A DNA stretch of 63,044 nucleotides, filler included, from Asterionella formosa (taxonomy: Eukaryota), in the NCBI GenBank assembly GCA_002256025.1. It is 5 parts of 5 records of this genome, joined end to end, with 100 filler letters (N's around TTAATTAATTAA, not from the genome) between each part and the next. Parts side by side here need not be neighbours in the genome. Positions count along the whole stretch, not along the records: positions 44,987 to 59,859 come from NKIB01005699.1; positions 59,960 to 63,044 come from NKIB01006992.1; 3 more parts are not named here. The stretch is one strand, 5' to 3'. The notes below the pieces were generated by a model. That model was not told where the DNA came from and did not search any database. It saw nothing but the letters and a program-made list of their open reading frames with translations. Shown in pieces: positions 48,448 to 62,760 of this stretch (the stretch's first letter is position 1; each line of letters starts with the position of its first letter). The position numbers and the translations under genes are program-made.

Positions 48448-49551
48448 ATGAACTCATCGTGCATCGCTATTGCAGCGGTGGTTGGCATTATTATCGCCTG
48501 GCTGCGCCAACAAGGAGGGGATTTGCTTGACCCGCCCTTGTCATTGCGAAGCGCCATGTCGTTGCATTCCGCCAACAAGACATTCCTCGTGACTGGAGCC
48601 AGTTCTGGATTAGGCTTTAGCACAGTGGCACATTTGGCACGGGATGCTTCCGGCTCCACTGATCGTGCTGGGATGATGATCATCCTGGCCTGCCGAGATA
48701 GAATCAAATGCAGGTACGCCCAAGAACAGATCGAGGCCACACCTGACGCGAATGTCGTCAAGCTCGTCGCACTTGTCCTGGACCTGGAGTCCTTGGAGTC
48801 CATCGAAGCCTTCGTAAACCGCTTGCAGCTGCATGTGAAAATCGCTACTTCCCCCCTCACGTTGATTGCCAATGCCGGAGTAATGGCGCCATATCCCTCA
48901 TTGCAGTACAACCGAGACACTCACGTGGAGCAGCACATGCATGTCAATCATCTTGCCCATGTGTACTTGGTTCATTTGCTCTTGGCCCAAGGATTCAATT
49001 TGGAACGGGTGACCATGGTTTCTTCGTTGATGGCGGCACCACGATGGGATGTTGCAAAGGGTTGGTACTTGAAACCTCCGGCTCACGTGAAACCTCCAAT
49101 AAAGAGTACATTCCTTCAGTTTTACAACAATATGCTTGCATACGGAAAATCAAAAAGAGCCAATCTTCTGTTTGCCTCAGAATTACAAAAGCGACAACGA
49201 AATATAATCCTAACAATCACCGCTGCCCATCCAGGACTTTCTGCCACATCCATTTTCAAGGCTTTGAATGATTGGCTTGGCATCACACAAATGCCCCTTG
49301 GAATATCGCTTCTTCCATCTTTGGCAATGACAAGCGATCAAGGAGCATGGACAACACTCCGCGCTTCTCTGATGGAAGAAGGAGGGAAGTATGTGGGGCC
49401 ACGGTGGGGCATTTGGGGAGATCCCATTTTAGTAGGAACACTTGGAGGCAGTTGGCACCATATAGCAATTCTTGATGAAGAAAGTGAACGAGTGTGGAAT
49501 ATGACAATGGAGGCACTAGATATTCAGAAGTTTGGGGTTGTAATGGGATGA
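48448..49551 (+). CDS. Short-chain dehydrogenase/reductase (retinol dehydrogenase-like) with N-terminal membrane anchor
   Basis: TGASSGLG, ILACR, LDLESLESI, ANAGVM, VNHLAH, VSS, YGKSK, HPG. First ATG 48448 is followed by a hydrophobic segment. Confidence 0.9.
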   Translation: MNSSCIAIAAVVGIIIAWLRQQGGDLLDPPLSLRSAMSLHSANKTFLVTGASSGLGFSTVAHLARDASGSTDRAGMMIILACRDRIKCRYAQEQIEATPDANVVKLVALVLDLESLESIEAFVNRLQLHVKIATSPLTLIANAGVMAPYPSLQYNRDTHVEQHMHVNHLAHVYLVHLLLAQGFNLERVTMVSSLMAAPRWDVAKGWYLKPPAHVKPPIKSTFLQFYNNMLAYGKSKRANLLFASELQKRQRNIILTITAAHPGLSATSIFKALNDWLGITQMPLGISLLPSLAMTSDQGAWTTLRASLMEEGGKYVGPRWGIWGDPILVGTLGGSWHHIAILDEESERVWNMTMEALDIQKFGVVMG

Positions 49552-51180
49552 AATAAGGTATAACGATATTACGACGCTTCAGCTCGTGTTCTTGTATGGG
49601 GGGAAGAATCCGTCTTTGGTGCTTGATGGATTCTGGAGAGAACCTCAAGGGATGACTCGACGTGAGAAGCGACTTACAGATAATCAACAACATTGAAACC
49701 ATACAAATACAAATTGATTTTTCCCAGACCAAAGCTTTCTTTTGCGACTTATCTTCATATCCGCCTCAAGGTGTACCCCTTAACCATGGGAATTGATTGT
49801 TTTTCACATGTGATTCAACTACCCTAACTGAAGTTTTGAGGGAAGCTGCCAAGTTCTTGTCTCGATCTGTGACTGAATCACAGAGAATGAAAGCCACAAT
49901 CAGATAATGAACTTGGTTGACACACTTTATTAAGCCAAGCTGCAGCTTCCTTTTCTGGTAACAACTACTGGTAGCTATCAAACATGGAAAGATCCTACAT
50001 TACCCATGAATGCAACTTTTGGATACTTGAATGCTGATCATTCTACATTGAAACATATCTGCAAGTAGAAAACATCTTTTTCATTTGATGCATCTTATGA
50101 TGGCACTCACATGATATTATAATTTCAATATATAATCTAATGTGTATAACAATTATCATCATGAATTAAATAGAATTCTTTTTGGAATATGCTTATTGTA
50201 AAATTATATGTATGCTATTCATTTTTGTTCCTGTAGTACAGTTTCCTCATAGGTTGATGTACCAGCGAAATTATTGGTTTATTTGCAATCATCATCATTT
50301 GCTCCACTTTTTCCTCATCTTCTACACTCAACAACGTCTACGATTTGAATGATAATTGTATTGTTCCCCCAGTTATCATGTTTCATAATAATTTTTCTTT
50401 GTAAATGCTCTGTGACAATGATTCCTACAAGAATCAATCGATGTGATACTTGAGAAATGGTGCCACTGACCTTTGCTGAATACACTGTTGGTGATTGAGC
50501 AAAGAATCAACACTGGCAAATTGAATGTTTGTCTGATTACACTATTGCTCAAACTTTTGTAAGTGTTATTGTGGCATTATTGGTACGTAGTACCTAGTTG
50601 TCATAATATTGTAGTTCACCTCTGTTTTAACGAATACCAATACCATAGGTTCTCTGGAACAGCTTTTGGTGTTTTGCATTATTTTATCATGATCATGCAT
50701 CCGCCTCAGCCATGGATTTGGTGAAATTTTGGTCGTGCACGGTTGTTTTGTGCAGATATATATATATGTATCCATATCGGTGTATGTAAATATTCACTCC
50801 TTCTCAATGGTCTGTCAGCCATATCGCAAGCGATCGCTCCCTGACCATTAATTAGAGTACCGTAGAGTAGAACCATATTTTAATTCTACAGTAGACTACG
50901 ACTGGTACTAACTGGTAGCATAATATTTTATTTATATACCGGTACGTGCACAAATCTATGGACGAACATGACACTCCTTTGATCTTGGATACGTTTTGTT
51001 TTTAGTTCCATATTACATACAGTAGATACTGTGCAGGTACCTGGTAGTACCATACAAGATTGTTGAAGGTAGGCATATGGGCGTTGCTCCTTGATGGTCA
51101 TGTCATGATGTCAAGCAAAACCAAAGGAGAACCCAACCAAGAAACAATTTGGTCACAAAGCCAAGAAAAAGCACATCATT

Positions 51181-54100
51181 ATGGAAGTCCACTTTAGCGA
51201 TGATAACCCTCAGGATGAGCAACCGGCTGGGGTCGCCTCCTCCCCCACTGCCAGACCCATCCAATCAGCATCCTCCCCCAGCTCGTGGAATGTCCGCTCC
51301 GACGAGAAGGAGCGTCCTGATCACTTTCGAGGAATACTTCAACATCGACGAGCATCGGAGCATTTTGTCAGGGAAATGCTGGACATGGGGCCCGTCGTTG
51401 ACTGGACACGATTCCCAGACGCAGACGAGCCCCTCGAGCCCTGCACCCTCACTGCAAAGTCCATCCTTGCGCTGACGGACAGCACCAAGTTTTTGAAGCA
51501 TGCCAAGACCTTTCTGGAGGAGTTTCACGCCGTCTGTCCCTCTGTCCAGGGTAAAATGGTCGAAATTGCAGTCACCAACTTTAGTTACAAAGTACCTGTT
51601 GACCCAAAGGCACAAAAGATCCGCACAGTTTACAACTCATCCATGCTTTATGATATCTATTCATGGATGAAGCGAAAATATCGAGGGCTGGAAAAAACGA
51701 ACTTTGGGGAAAAACATGTCTTGCATAAGATCAATCTGACTTTGAAGCCTGGGCGCATGTATTTGGTCTTGGGGCCTCCGGCTTCTGGAAAGTCATCCCT
51801 GCTTAAAGCAATTGCAGGAAGGTTGTCAATGACCAACGATGAAACAGTTGAGGGAAGTGTCCTCTACAACGGATTGAGCATGGAGGTAAGTCCGTCTGCA
51901 TGGCTGAGAAATCTACATTGCACATAACAGCATTTCCTGATCCTTGCCATTTTTCAATCGTGATCAGGATGCCATGAAATCACACCTCTACATTCAAAAT
52001 GACATCGCTTACATTGAGCAGCTCGATAACCATGCTCCACGTCTCTCTGTCAAAGAAACGTTCGCGTTCGCCTTTGATTGTAAAGCGGGCGGCACGCACG
52101 CCCCAGATCCTTTTAAAGAGTTAGACTCAGAGGAAGGCCGGGCATTCATCTCCAAAGTCAACCATGACCAAGCCAGAGTTAATCTTATAATGGAAGCTCT
52201 TGGTTTGGATGCTGTGGCAGACACCTTTGTGGGAAACTCTACTGTCCGGGGCGTGAGTGGAGGTCAGCGCCGCCGTGTCACTGTAGGCGAAATGTTGCAG
52301 TCAGTTGTTCCACTTCTGTGCGGCGACGAAATAAGTACAGGACTGGATGCTGCTTCAACCTATGACATATGCTTCAGTCTCATGAACTTCACGAGATTGA
52401 ATCGTCACACAAGAGTTATCAGTTTGCTTCAGCCATCGCCGCAAACTGTAAGTCTGTTTGACGAAGTCATCTTGTTGTCGGAAGGCCGTATATTGTTCGC
52501 CGGTCCTATTGCGAAAGTGGAAAAATACTTTGCTCGCCTTGGTTATGTAGCACCTGATTGCATGGATGTCGCTGATTTTTTGCAAGTCTTGGCGACTGAA
52601 GATGGTCCCACACTGTACCACCCAGCGAATGACGTCCACTCTGAGGCTCGACAAAGTGCGTACAGCAACTCTGAGTTGGCTGATATTTTCCTGGAAAGCG
52701 ACTATAATCAAAGCATTATAGCTTCGTTGAAGAATTCATGGGAAGGGGTGTGGACAGACGAAACCTACCAGATGACCGCTGTTCGTCGAAAGTATGCTAC
52801 AACATTTGGACGTCAAACCTGGCTGAATATTTCCAGAAATATTACCATCTGGCTACGGGATAAGCGTTTTTTGTTCGCAAACGCGATCAAGAATTTAATT
52901 ATGGGAGTCAGTGTTGGTGGTGTTTTTTATCAAACAGATTCAACTGCTGGAATATACGGAGTGTGCTTCCAGGTTATGTTGTTTATTATGCTTGGAGCCA
53001 TGACATCTGCCCCTGCGCTTGTAGATGATCGCGTCATCTTTTACAAACATGCTGATGCGAACTTTTATTCGGCGTTCCCATATGTTATCGGAAATGCCGT
53101 TGCACTTATGCCTCAGGCACTCACAGATGTCTTGATTTTCGGTTCGATTATTTATTGGATGGTAGGATTGGCTGCAGATGTAAGCAACTTCTTCATCTTC
53201 ATTGCGATCCTCTTCGTCTTTTCTATTTCTATGAATCAAATGCTTGCTGTCTTCACAACTTTTTCCAAGACGAAAACGAATGTCCAGGGTTACAGTTCCG
53301 TCGTACTACTCTTCCTTGTTCTTTTTTGTGGCTTCATCGTTAATCCTGATGTCATCCCCAGGTACTACATCTGGATTTACTGGTGGAATCCCTTAGCATG
53401 GTCGTACCGTGCCCTCCTAGTAAATCAGTTTCAGAGTTCAGAGTATGATTCCTTGAATGAAAATGGTCAACGCCAAGGTGATGTCATCTTGTCATCGGGT
53501 GGGTTTATTGATGGAAATGGAAATGCATATTCCCAAGAGTGGATCGCCTACAACTTTGCGTACCTTGTTGGCCACACATTGCTTTGTTTGGTAATGAGTG
53601 GATTCCTTTTACAGTATACTCGAGTGAGCACCGAAAATGCTGCAACTGGTGATCTTGACGACAAAGTCGTGAACGATGATGTAGAACAACACATCAATAT
53701 TCCTTTCACCCAAGTCAATCTCACTTTTCAAGGTGTGTGCTATGATGTTAAAGCCTCAACTGGAGGGGCGACCTTACGATTGTTAACCGACGTCAGTGGA
53801 GTGTTTGCAGCGGGTCGCATGTGCGCTTTAATGGGCAGCTCGGGAGCAGGTAAGCAATGACAAACTTCCCTGTATCAATCTCTTGTCGTCAGCTTTCGCT
53901 GATACCTGTTTTCTTGAATTATTCCTAAAACAGGAAAGACCACTCTCATGGACACAATAGCCATGCGTAAGAACACAGGAAAGATAAGTGGAGATATTCG
54001 AATGAACGGTTTTGAGCAACAAGCTATACCTTTCCGTCGTTGTTCAGGATATGTCGAGCAGTTTGATGTGCAGTCTCCAGAATTAACAGTCAGAGAAACC

Positions 54101-55798
54101 GTGCTATTCTCTGCTCATCTTCGACTTGACTCAACGCTCCCCGAGGTAGACAACGACGAGAAACAAGCTGCGTTCGTTGACAGTGTCCTGAAAGTTCTGG
54201 AACTTTCTAATATTGACGAATGCTTGGTTGGGGACGCCGAAGAGGGCACTGGTCTTAGCTTCGAGCAACGAAAGCGTCTGTCTATTGCAGTTGAACTTGC
54301 TGCTTCTCCGTCAATTATCTTCCTCGACGAGCCGACTAGCGGTCTTGATAGCCGTGCCGCTCTTATTGTTTGTAGAGCACTAAGAACTATCGCAAGTACA
54401 GGGCGAACGGTCATAGCAACTATTCATCAACCGTCGTCAGCTGTCTTTGAGTTGTTCGACGATCTCCTGCTGTTGAAAAAAGGCGGGCAAACAGTCTTCT
54501 TTGGGGAGCTTGGCGAAAGCAGTTCTAAACTTGTCACTTACTTTGAAAGTAAAGGTGCCACACCCATTGAAAAGGGCGAGAACCCTGCGAACTGGATGTT
54601 AAGTGTTATCACTGCTGAGGACTCTACATGTGACTATGCATTGGAATTCACAAAGTCCACTGAATTTACTGTGATGTCGAACATGATCGAGGACATTTGC
54701 AGCAATCCAGACTCAGGCAACGAAATCAAATATGATACTGAATTCGCGGCCCCCAGAACGCGAATTCAATTGCTCATGAACACCAGGCTCCAAACAATTT
54801 ATTGGCGATCTCCTGCTTATAATCTTACGAGAATGATAGTTTCTTGTGCAATTGCCTTCATTTTGGGATCCGTCTACATGACCAACCGTGACCCACCCTC
54901 GTTCTCGGAAACTGAGATGAGCTCTATCCTGTCTACTATTTTCATTTCTTTTATCATTGTCGGCGTCCTTTCCATCACATCCGTCCTCCCCGTCATGTTA
55001 AAGATCAGAGATAGCTACTACCGGCATCGAGCAGCTGGAATGGTTGGATCCAGTTCTATTGCCCTTGCGCTTGGAACTGCGGAGAAGTGGTTCATTGTCT
55101 TACAGGGAGTTCTCTTCACAATATTCTTTATGCTTACAATCGGCATTGATTTCAACACTATCCGCCAGTATGTTGGTTTCTTCGGTTTCTTTACCTTCAA
55201 CATTGCTATCTATAGTTATTTGTGAGTACAAGTCGCTGCATTTGACACGTACTGAAAATTGTTTGCGAAATCTTACACTGCTCTCCCTTTCAGTGGACAA
55301 GCTTTTATGTGCTCCGTTAAGGGCTCGGCTACGGCACAAATCCTGGCTAGCGTGTTCATTGGACTCAATAACTTTTTCTCTGGTCTCATTGTTAGGCCAC
55401 AATATTTGACAGGACTTTTCGCGTTCACGTATTGGATTACCCCGTAAGTTTTACATTCAGACCTTGATCTGTCGTTAAAATTCAAGGCTCACCCCAAATT
55501 TTTCAGTGGCCACTTCGTGTATGAAGGTTTGGTAATCTCTCTGTTCCAACACGACAACCGCACTGTGTTTGCAAGTGAAGGTAGTGAATATTACATGTAT
55601 CTTGATTGCAATTCAGTGACCAATACTGCTCAAAATCCTTGTGGAGGGACTGTCTTGCAATATATTGATTTCTTCTTTGGTGGAAAGTTCAGCGCTGCAC
55701 ACATTCCCACAAATGCTTGGGTTCTTGGTGTTATCCTTGTCATCGCCAGACTTTGTACCTATTTCGCTCTTCGATACTTAAAGTTCACAGCAACGTAA
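51181..55798 (+). CDS. Full-size ABCG (PDR-type) transporter (~1438 aa); exons 51181-51885, 51968-53849, 53934-55221, 55294-55443, 55507-55798
   Basis: NBD1 GPPASGKS, VSGGQRRRV, DEISTGLD; TMD1; NBD2 GSSGAGKT, GYVEQFD, LSFEQRKRL, LDEPTSGLD, TIHQPS; TMD2. Four GT-AG introns keep frame. Confidence 0.97.
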
Positions 55799-55886
55799 TA
55801 CTTTTCGTCGGATTGGTTGCGATTAATAAGTTTGTATCCTTCATAGTTAAGTTGTTTAAGTCTAGCTTCGTATTAATGCTCTTCGT

Positions 55887-57063
55887 TTAATATGTAGTGG
55901 TCTTTCTGAAAGAAAATATTTTCTTGAGTCCGGAGGTCACCTTTTCAATAGATTCGTTCACTGGATCCAAAGAAGTATTGGTTACAGATACTGCGCGGGA
56001 ATGTTTGTCTTTTCGGCATTGACGAATGGCGTCAGCAATTTCCTTCTGGGTTGTTCCAGTACAGAGAAGCCTAATAAATAAGTGTAACAACATAAAAAAA
56101 GATTCGGAAGGGTGTAAGGGCCTAACTCCAAAGGACTTGCACCAGCATTCATCTTACATACCATTGTTCCCTGACACTCCTTGGCAACACAAGATCGCAA
56201 GCAGGTCGTCGGTTTCCTCGCATTCTCTCAAATGAATTTATATCCAGTACAAATTTCGTGGATGGGTCATAACCCCAGTCAATTGTTATAGGAGGTCCTT
56301 CTGTAACACTTGGATTGTCGCCAAGGACCACAGGATATTCTCTTACTTCCAAAAATGTAAACTCTACTCGTTTGTGTTGTGTCAAATCTAGTACGATCCC
56401 TTTCGTCTTGAGAGAGTTAAATTGCGTCGTCACTCGCATAACGCTTCGTATCAGGGGTAATAAATTTCCAATAGAAGCGGATTTTTGATGTTTCAGATTC
56501 GTGCGTCGCCCTCCCTCCGGAAATTCTTCGTAGGGCACCACATCGACAGGAAGGGACATGGATCGTCTATACTCCCCATTTTCTCTCATTGTTACTGCTG
56601 CTGATGATGCTTCTGCTATTGATGACGACGATGGTGTTTCTGTATGACTGTGATGACGAGAGACACGATTAGCGCTTCTGGGACGAGGCACGCTGTGAGG
56701 GACAGCTTCGCTAGACCGATTCAGTTTGGGACCTAAAGGAGCAACAGCCTTGGTTTCGGAGCGATTGGTTCTAATGATTTCTGCTGCGCTGGAGAGTTCG
56801 CTAATGTAACCAGCACAGAGATCGACTGGCTTTCCCTTTGGATTGCTCTGGAGAGAAGATGAGCGCTCATTGTGGCTTTTAGGTCGAGAGGATTTGTGTG
56901 CTGGTTGCTCAGCGCGATGGCGAGGTGCTGATGGCTGTCGTTCACCTCTAGAGCGCGATGATTGCTGATCGCTAAAGGAACGTGATTGTTGTTCACTACT
57001 TGGGCGAGAGGAGGGCGGTCGCTCCTGCTGCTGCTTCCTGGTCGCAGATGGTGTTCGGTGCAT
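55887..57063 (-). CDS. Diatom-typical LGDNPSV/GPP-domain protein of unknown function, paralog 1 (~361 aa); exons 57063-56162, 56070-55887
   Basis: Ser/Arg-rich disordered N-terminus, then VREYPVVLGDNPSVTEGPPITIDW...FE..R..RR...LP...RE; the intron keeps frame. Confidence 0.85.
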
Positions 57064-58737
57064 GATGTCAATGGATTTTTCAATGAGGATTTTGAGGAAT
57101 GTGCGTAATTATCGTCTTGTTCTTTGGTTAAGTATTTTTGTCATGTGCTGTAATAATAAATGGGTCATTCATTGTGCATCATGAGCATGTAAAAATGCCG
57201 GTATACATATCTCTTACGTTGCATCTCCACGGATACCATTATATAAAATAACTCCATATGGGACCCTCCGCGTCACAAGTCGCTCCACATTTGGGGTCAG
57301 CCAATCATAATTTCTCCGAAATATATCATTTCCGGTAGGTTAATATTTTTACGTGTTTGATGACCCTCTTGATTTAGATGGTGACGTAACATTTTAAACA
57401 TCTGGTTAAAATTAGGGGTGCATCTTCCTATGAAAAGCGCGCTGTAGTAATACCCTTTCAAGATGGGGATCAGTACCAGTTTTATTTGTCAATATGGCAC
57501 AACGAGAGCCGTCTTTAGGAGCCACACACCCAGAACCCTAAGACTAATACCCAGTTCATGTTATTAGCTTAAGTTGACCACAAGGTAATTTCAAATAATG
57601 GTATATACATACAACATATATGTTTTCATATTCTGATATGTGTGTACATAATGTTGTGTAAGACTAGGCAACAAGGTAGTAAACTAAACATCATGGAATG
57701 ACAAAACACTGAAAATCTTGTGAGGAATCAGCAAGTCAAGCAGCCTTTAACTTGTTGGTGTTGTTGTCAGCACCACCAAAACAGCCAGCAGCCTTTCTTG
57801 TCAAATCAATTTTCTACAATGAGGAGTGTTCATCTGGTGAATGCGATAAGACTGGAATGAACCTTCACCACATATATGATGAACAAAAGCATCATCAGAC
57901 AGCGCTGTGTTGGTTTTGAGGAATAATGATTGTGTTGTTGCACCAAGTAGCTAGTCTTCTGGTAGTACTAGAAGCTAGTCCAATGTGTTGTATATGTTGA
58001 ACTTGTAAAGGAATTACTTGTAACATCAAATAATTCTATTCTGCATTCATCAATATAGTAAGAATATGAATCATCACATGGAAACTTAAGTAACTAGTGT
58101 TGTGGTCTATGTAAATGTAACAACAGTAGAAAGTATATGGAACAATAGCTAGTTATTCTATTGACACTATAATTATTTTTATTTTATTCGGTTTCCCGCT
58201 AATATTTGAGTGGCTAGCTGATGTAAAACAGCATTTGCTGATATGTACAGCCATGCACACAATGAATATATGTATGTTAAATTGGTTTCCAGACACTTAG
58301 CCAAATCAGGGAGGACACTACAACTATCAAACATTCCCAAACATTCAATTCTGCCAACTAACTTAAGATTGATTTGCATAATTGCCATATTTCCCAGAGG
58401 AAATATTCATGCAGACAAGCACACAACCAAACAGATATTCCAAGGATGGCATTTTAAGAAAGACAGGACAAACAGAAAAAGACTATTTGAAAGGACTGTC
58501 AAATTTTTGAACAATGGTGGGAAAGTGTCATTGCTTTGATCAAAGTATATCTATCCGTGCTGGATGCAACTCACCAATACTTTGGATACTTAACTTATTG
58601 TTGTTATTTCAAGATTTTTTACCTATTTACCCATTCATGATTAAGTTAACTGCAAATTGCTAATTTCAGGCTAGAGTTGGTTGTGCTTACATTATACTTA
58701 TGCTAAACTGTTGAGTTTATTGCCACATTGTCACATT

Positions 58738-59859
58738 TTATATCGATGTAGTATTTTTTTTGAAAGAAAACATATTCTTGAGTCCAGATGTCATCTTTTC
58801 AATAGACTCACTCACTGGGTCATATGAAGTATTGTTACAAGAGACTGTGCGGAAATGTTTGTCTTTTCGGCATTGACGAATGGCGTCAGCAATTTCCTTC
58901 TGGGTTGTTCCTGTACAGAGAAGCCTGGAATATAAGTGTAACAAAATGAAAAAGATTCGAAAGGGTGTAAGGGCCTTGCTCCAAAGGACTTGCACCAGTC
59001 TTCATGTTACATACCATTGTTCCCTGACACTCCTTGGCAACACAAGATCGCAAGCAGGTCGTCGGTTTCCTCGCATTCTCTCAAATGAATTTATATCCAG
59101 TACAAATTTCGTGGATGGGTCGTGACCCCAGTCAATTGTTATGGGAGGTCCTTCTGTAACACTGGGATTGTCGCCTAGGACCACAGGATATTCTCTCACT
59201 TCCAAAAATGTAAACTCTACTCGTTTGTGTTGTGTCAAATCCTGTACAATCCCTTTCGTCTTGAGGGAGTTAAATTGCGTCGTAACACGCAGAACGCTTC
59301 GTATCATGGGGATCATATCCCCAGCAGGAGCAGATTGTCGACGCTTGAGACTCAGACGTCGTCCTTCTTGAGGAAATGCTTCGTAGGGCACATCGACAGG
59401 AAGGGACATGGATCTTCGGTTTTCCACCTTTGCCACAGCTACTGTACGGACACGCTGACGAGAGACCCGAGTGGTGATGCTGGGACGTGGCTCGCTTTGA
59501 GGGCCATCGTCGTTGGGACGATCTCCTTTTGCACCGGCAGGAAGCGCCTTGGTGCGCTTGGCACTAGAAATATCTGCTGCCTTCGTACGCTCACTACCAC
59601 GATGATCGGTTGAATCTCCTTTAGGGCGAGATGGGCGAGAGGGGCGAGAGGATCGCGAGGAGCGCTCATCGCTAATAGGACGGGAGGATCGATGTGCTGG
59701 TTCATCTACTCTTGACGCTCGCTGTCGTTGTTCTCCAGAGCGCGATTTTCGGTGTTCGCCAGCACCAGAGCGAGATGGCCGTTCACCACTAGGGCGAGAG
59801 GATGATGGTCGCGTGCTACTAGGACGAGAGGGCAATGGCGTGAAAGATGGCTGTTCATA
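58738..59859 (-). CDS. LGDNPSV/GPP-domain protein, paralog 2, 5'-partial; exons 59859-59015, 58924-58738
   Basis: C-terminal domain nearly identical to paralog 1, same intron position; frame open to the contig end. Confidence 0.85.
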
Positions 59860-59959
59860 NNNNNNNNNNNNNNNNNNNNNNNNNNNNNNNNNNNNNNNNN
59901 NNNTTAATTAATTAANNNNNNNNNNNNNNNNNNNNNNNNNNNNNNNNNNNNNNNNNNNN
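59860..59959. other. Artificial contig linker
   Basis: N44-TTAATTAATTAA-N44. Confidence 0.98.
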
Positions 59960-60085
59960 ATTCAGATAATATATAGACATGTTCAACTACGTATTTTGAT
60001 GTATTCAACTAATTCATGTGATGCATTCAAAATCAACTAGGCTTATTTACGTGATGGTCACTTCACGTAATACGCGGCTTAGATG
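59960..60085. mobile_element. CATCTAAG-terminus element, copy 3
   Basis: Matches 45125-45249, ending ...TACGCGGCTTAGATG. Confidence 0.8.
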
Positions 60086-62229
60086 TATGCATTGTGACAT
60101 TGTAGTACTTACACAGGCAATTGACTTTCCATCACCACACAATCAACAACCAAAATAAGAAGGGAAAAAGCTGAACCCAATTTTGACCTGCATTGTTATG
60201 TAGCATAGATGATCTGGTTTTTGATGCAACCATGGACATTGCTGTAGTAGACTGACACAAGTTGCAGTCCTTCTGCCCACAGCCGTTTCTCCCACCAAAC
60301 AAGAACCCTGATCATCATTCCATTCCAATCCATTCTGATTGAGTATGATCGCCAGGCTGCTCCAGCACTATTGACTCCCTCTAGCTTAGTATTTTTATGT
60401 AGCTTGTGATACAAACTCGTAGTAGAAATGAAGCAAAGCGAGAGTACAAGAAAAGCATTGCTTGGCAGCAATATTGACAATGATGTCAATGACTATACAA
60501 ATCAACAAATGCAATCAATAACAGCACAATACCACATCTTCAAAGAGTAGTCATTGATAAATACATTGGTTCTTATGTAGAGGCAATAGATACAATCGAA
60601 TCAAAACGACACTGCAGAATGACAAACAACGAAAGAAGCGAAAACCACGGAAGCAATCAAATCGAAAAACTAAAATTGTGAGGACAAAATCGGGCATACA
60701 TATGTAAAATCAATTAATATGTGAACAATACAATTTAACATTCTGGTCTTGAAAAAATAATACTGAGTTGACAGCGATAATAGTATAATGTGTTCAAAGT
60801 AAGTATTAAAATTTAGCTTGAACCAGCATGCATGGTTGTTTTTAGTACCACATACGTATGTAGGCTAGATGACTACTGGTAGAATATCTGTGAAGCATCA
60901 TCACATCCATGACCGGAGCAAAATCTTGCCACCAACATCAGATGTATCGATATCATTGTTTGTCAGACGAAATATGGATGATGCAACTACATGAATCTCT
61001 CGAGAAGACAAGAAATCCAACAACCAACCGCATCCATTAGACAACAAATCGCTACTGGCGTCATCGCTGAACTGATTTCGCTTCAAACCGGTCATGATGG
61101 ATGACAATCGGCATGGTGAAAGGTGAATTGCCGGAGTCCATTTCTCAGGCGGAGACGAACAAAAACGAGGTGAATTCTAGATATAAATTATTAACATCTG
61201 TAGAGTATATAAAATGGTTTCCTTAAGTAGACCCCTTGCCGATTTCGGCAATCCCAGGGCTGGAAAACCGAGGGGGAATTAGCGTCTGTTGTCTTGCCAT
61301 AATGCTAACATATGAAATATATAAAAAATATTTTAATGATGGGCAATATCGGACCTTTGGCAATTTTCGAGGTGAAGAAAGTAAATATACAAAATATATG
61401 TTATATGATGGGGTATAGCGAGCTAAAATTGACATTTGCACTTGATGAGTTAGGAGCCAGTTATTCTTCCCATTTAATTGGCAAGATTTTTTCTGTGCCC
61501 ATGGCACCTGTGTAGAGAATGACATGACCAGAAGCACTGTAAGTAAAATTAACATAAAGCAACATAACACTTCCAGTATTTTCGATGCAAGAGCAGAATG
61601 CCATTTCAAAATTTTAAACAAGAAGAGACTTAGGGTCAGAAAAATAAATAAAAAGGCAGAGTAGACTACAAAACAACGGTTGACCTCATTATGGTATGGA
61701 CTTTTTCATCAGAAATAGAAAAAAATGATTCCCCAGCAGTCTGTAGAATTTGCGTAGAAGGCAGAGATGGCAATAATATTTTCCGAGCACAGACAAATTC
61801 CTCCCCAGTATTGGACAGTCGAAAAAATCTCGTTTTCCATGGAAAGCCTGGCATATGGAAAACCAGGGCATCGCTAAAAAACTTTGGTAATTTGTGTTGC
61901 AACAAACAATGTCAAGATGACAGTGTTGAAGGCTAGGCATTATGTAATCATTATTCTAGTCTGTTCGCCATGTTTGGCCCATATTTAGTGCTTTCCCTCA
62001 AAGTTTTTTTGTTCGACAGCAAATAAGTGGCTGGTCCAAAGGCTTTGCAAGTCCCCACCTGTAATGGAATTGACATACCAGTAGTCAGGTCAATAAAGTT
62101 GATCAGGACATGTTGGCTCATAATTGTCCAGTGTTATTACACGCTGCGCCCAACGATGAGGTCCTTTAAAACATACCAAAACGGCAACCGATAATAGCAA
62201 TTCATGGAATCAGAATTGTCTGCCATGGT

Positions 62230-62760
62230 GAGATTACCCTATTTTAATTCCTTCCTGTTAGACGCAGGAATTTTTTGGCTGTTCTAAGCAAGGCGCCAGG
62301 TGAAAACCTATCCAGCTGCTTTGCCTGCTGCCTGCCCCATCTGTGTGGGGTGCTTGGGGGCAGCATGGGAAGATTCCAACTCCTCTCACCAATTCACTTG
62401 TTTGGGAGGGGTTTTGAGACACCCCATCATCCTTGAGTGGCATGGTATCTGGTGAGGCACCCCACCCCAATCATCTGGGCGAAGTAGTGTGAAACTTTCA
62501 CTCAAGAAAAAGCTGTGTGCAGTTCCAGTCTTGATCAGTACGTGGTTTGACCTACTGTTGGGGCATTGGCCTGTGGAATTTGGACGTTGGACTTAAATGT
62601 TATTGTGAGTGTGCAGTTTTCTAATAGAGTCATAGCAGCTGTAATGCGGGAAGTTGGTCAACACCTTGGGTACACTGAGCATGATCCAGCAAAAACAATG
62701 CACCCTTACGGTACCCTGGTACCTGCATTGTTAGAAACCCTAGTATCTCGAACTTTGGCT
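62230..62760 (-). mobile_element. Possible degenerate non-LTR retrotransposon C-terminal fragment
   Basis: Broken frames with PRC and Q.IG(W)G....W spacing reminiscent of LINE ORF2 tails; weak. Confidence 0.25.
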
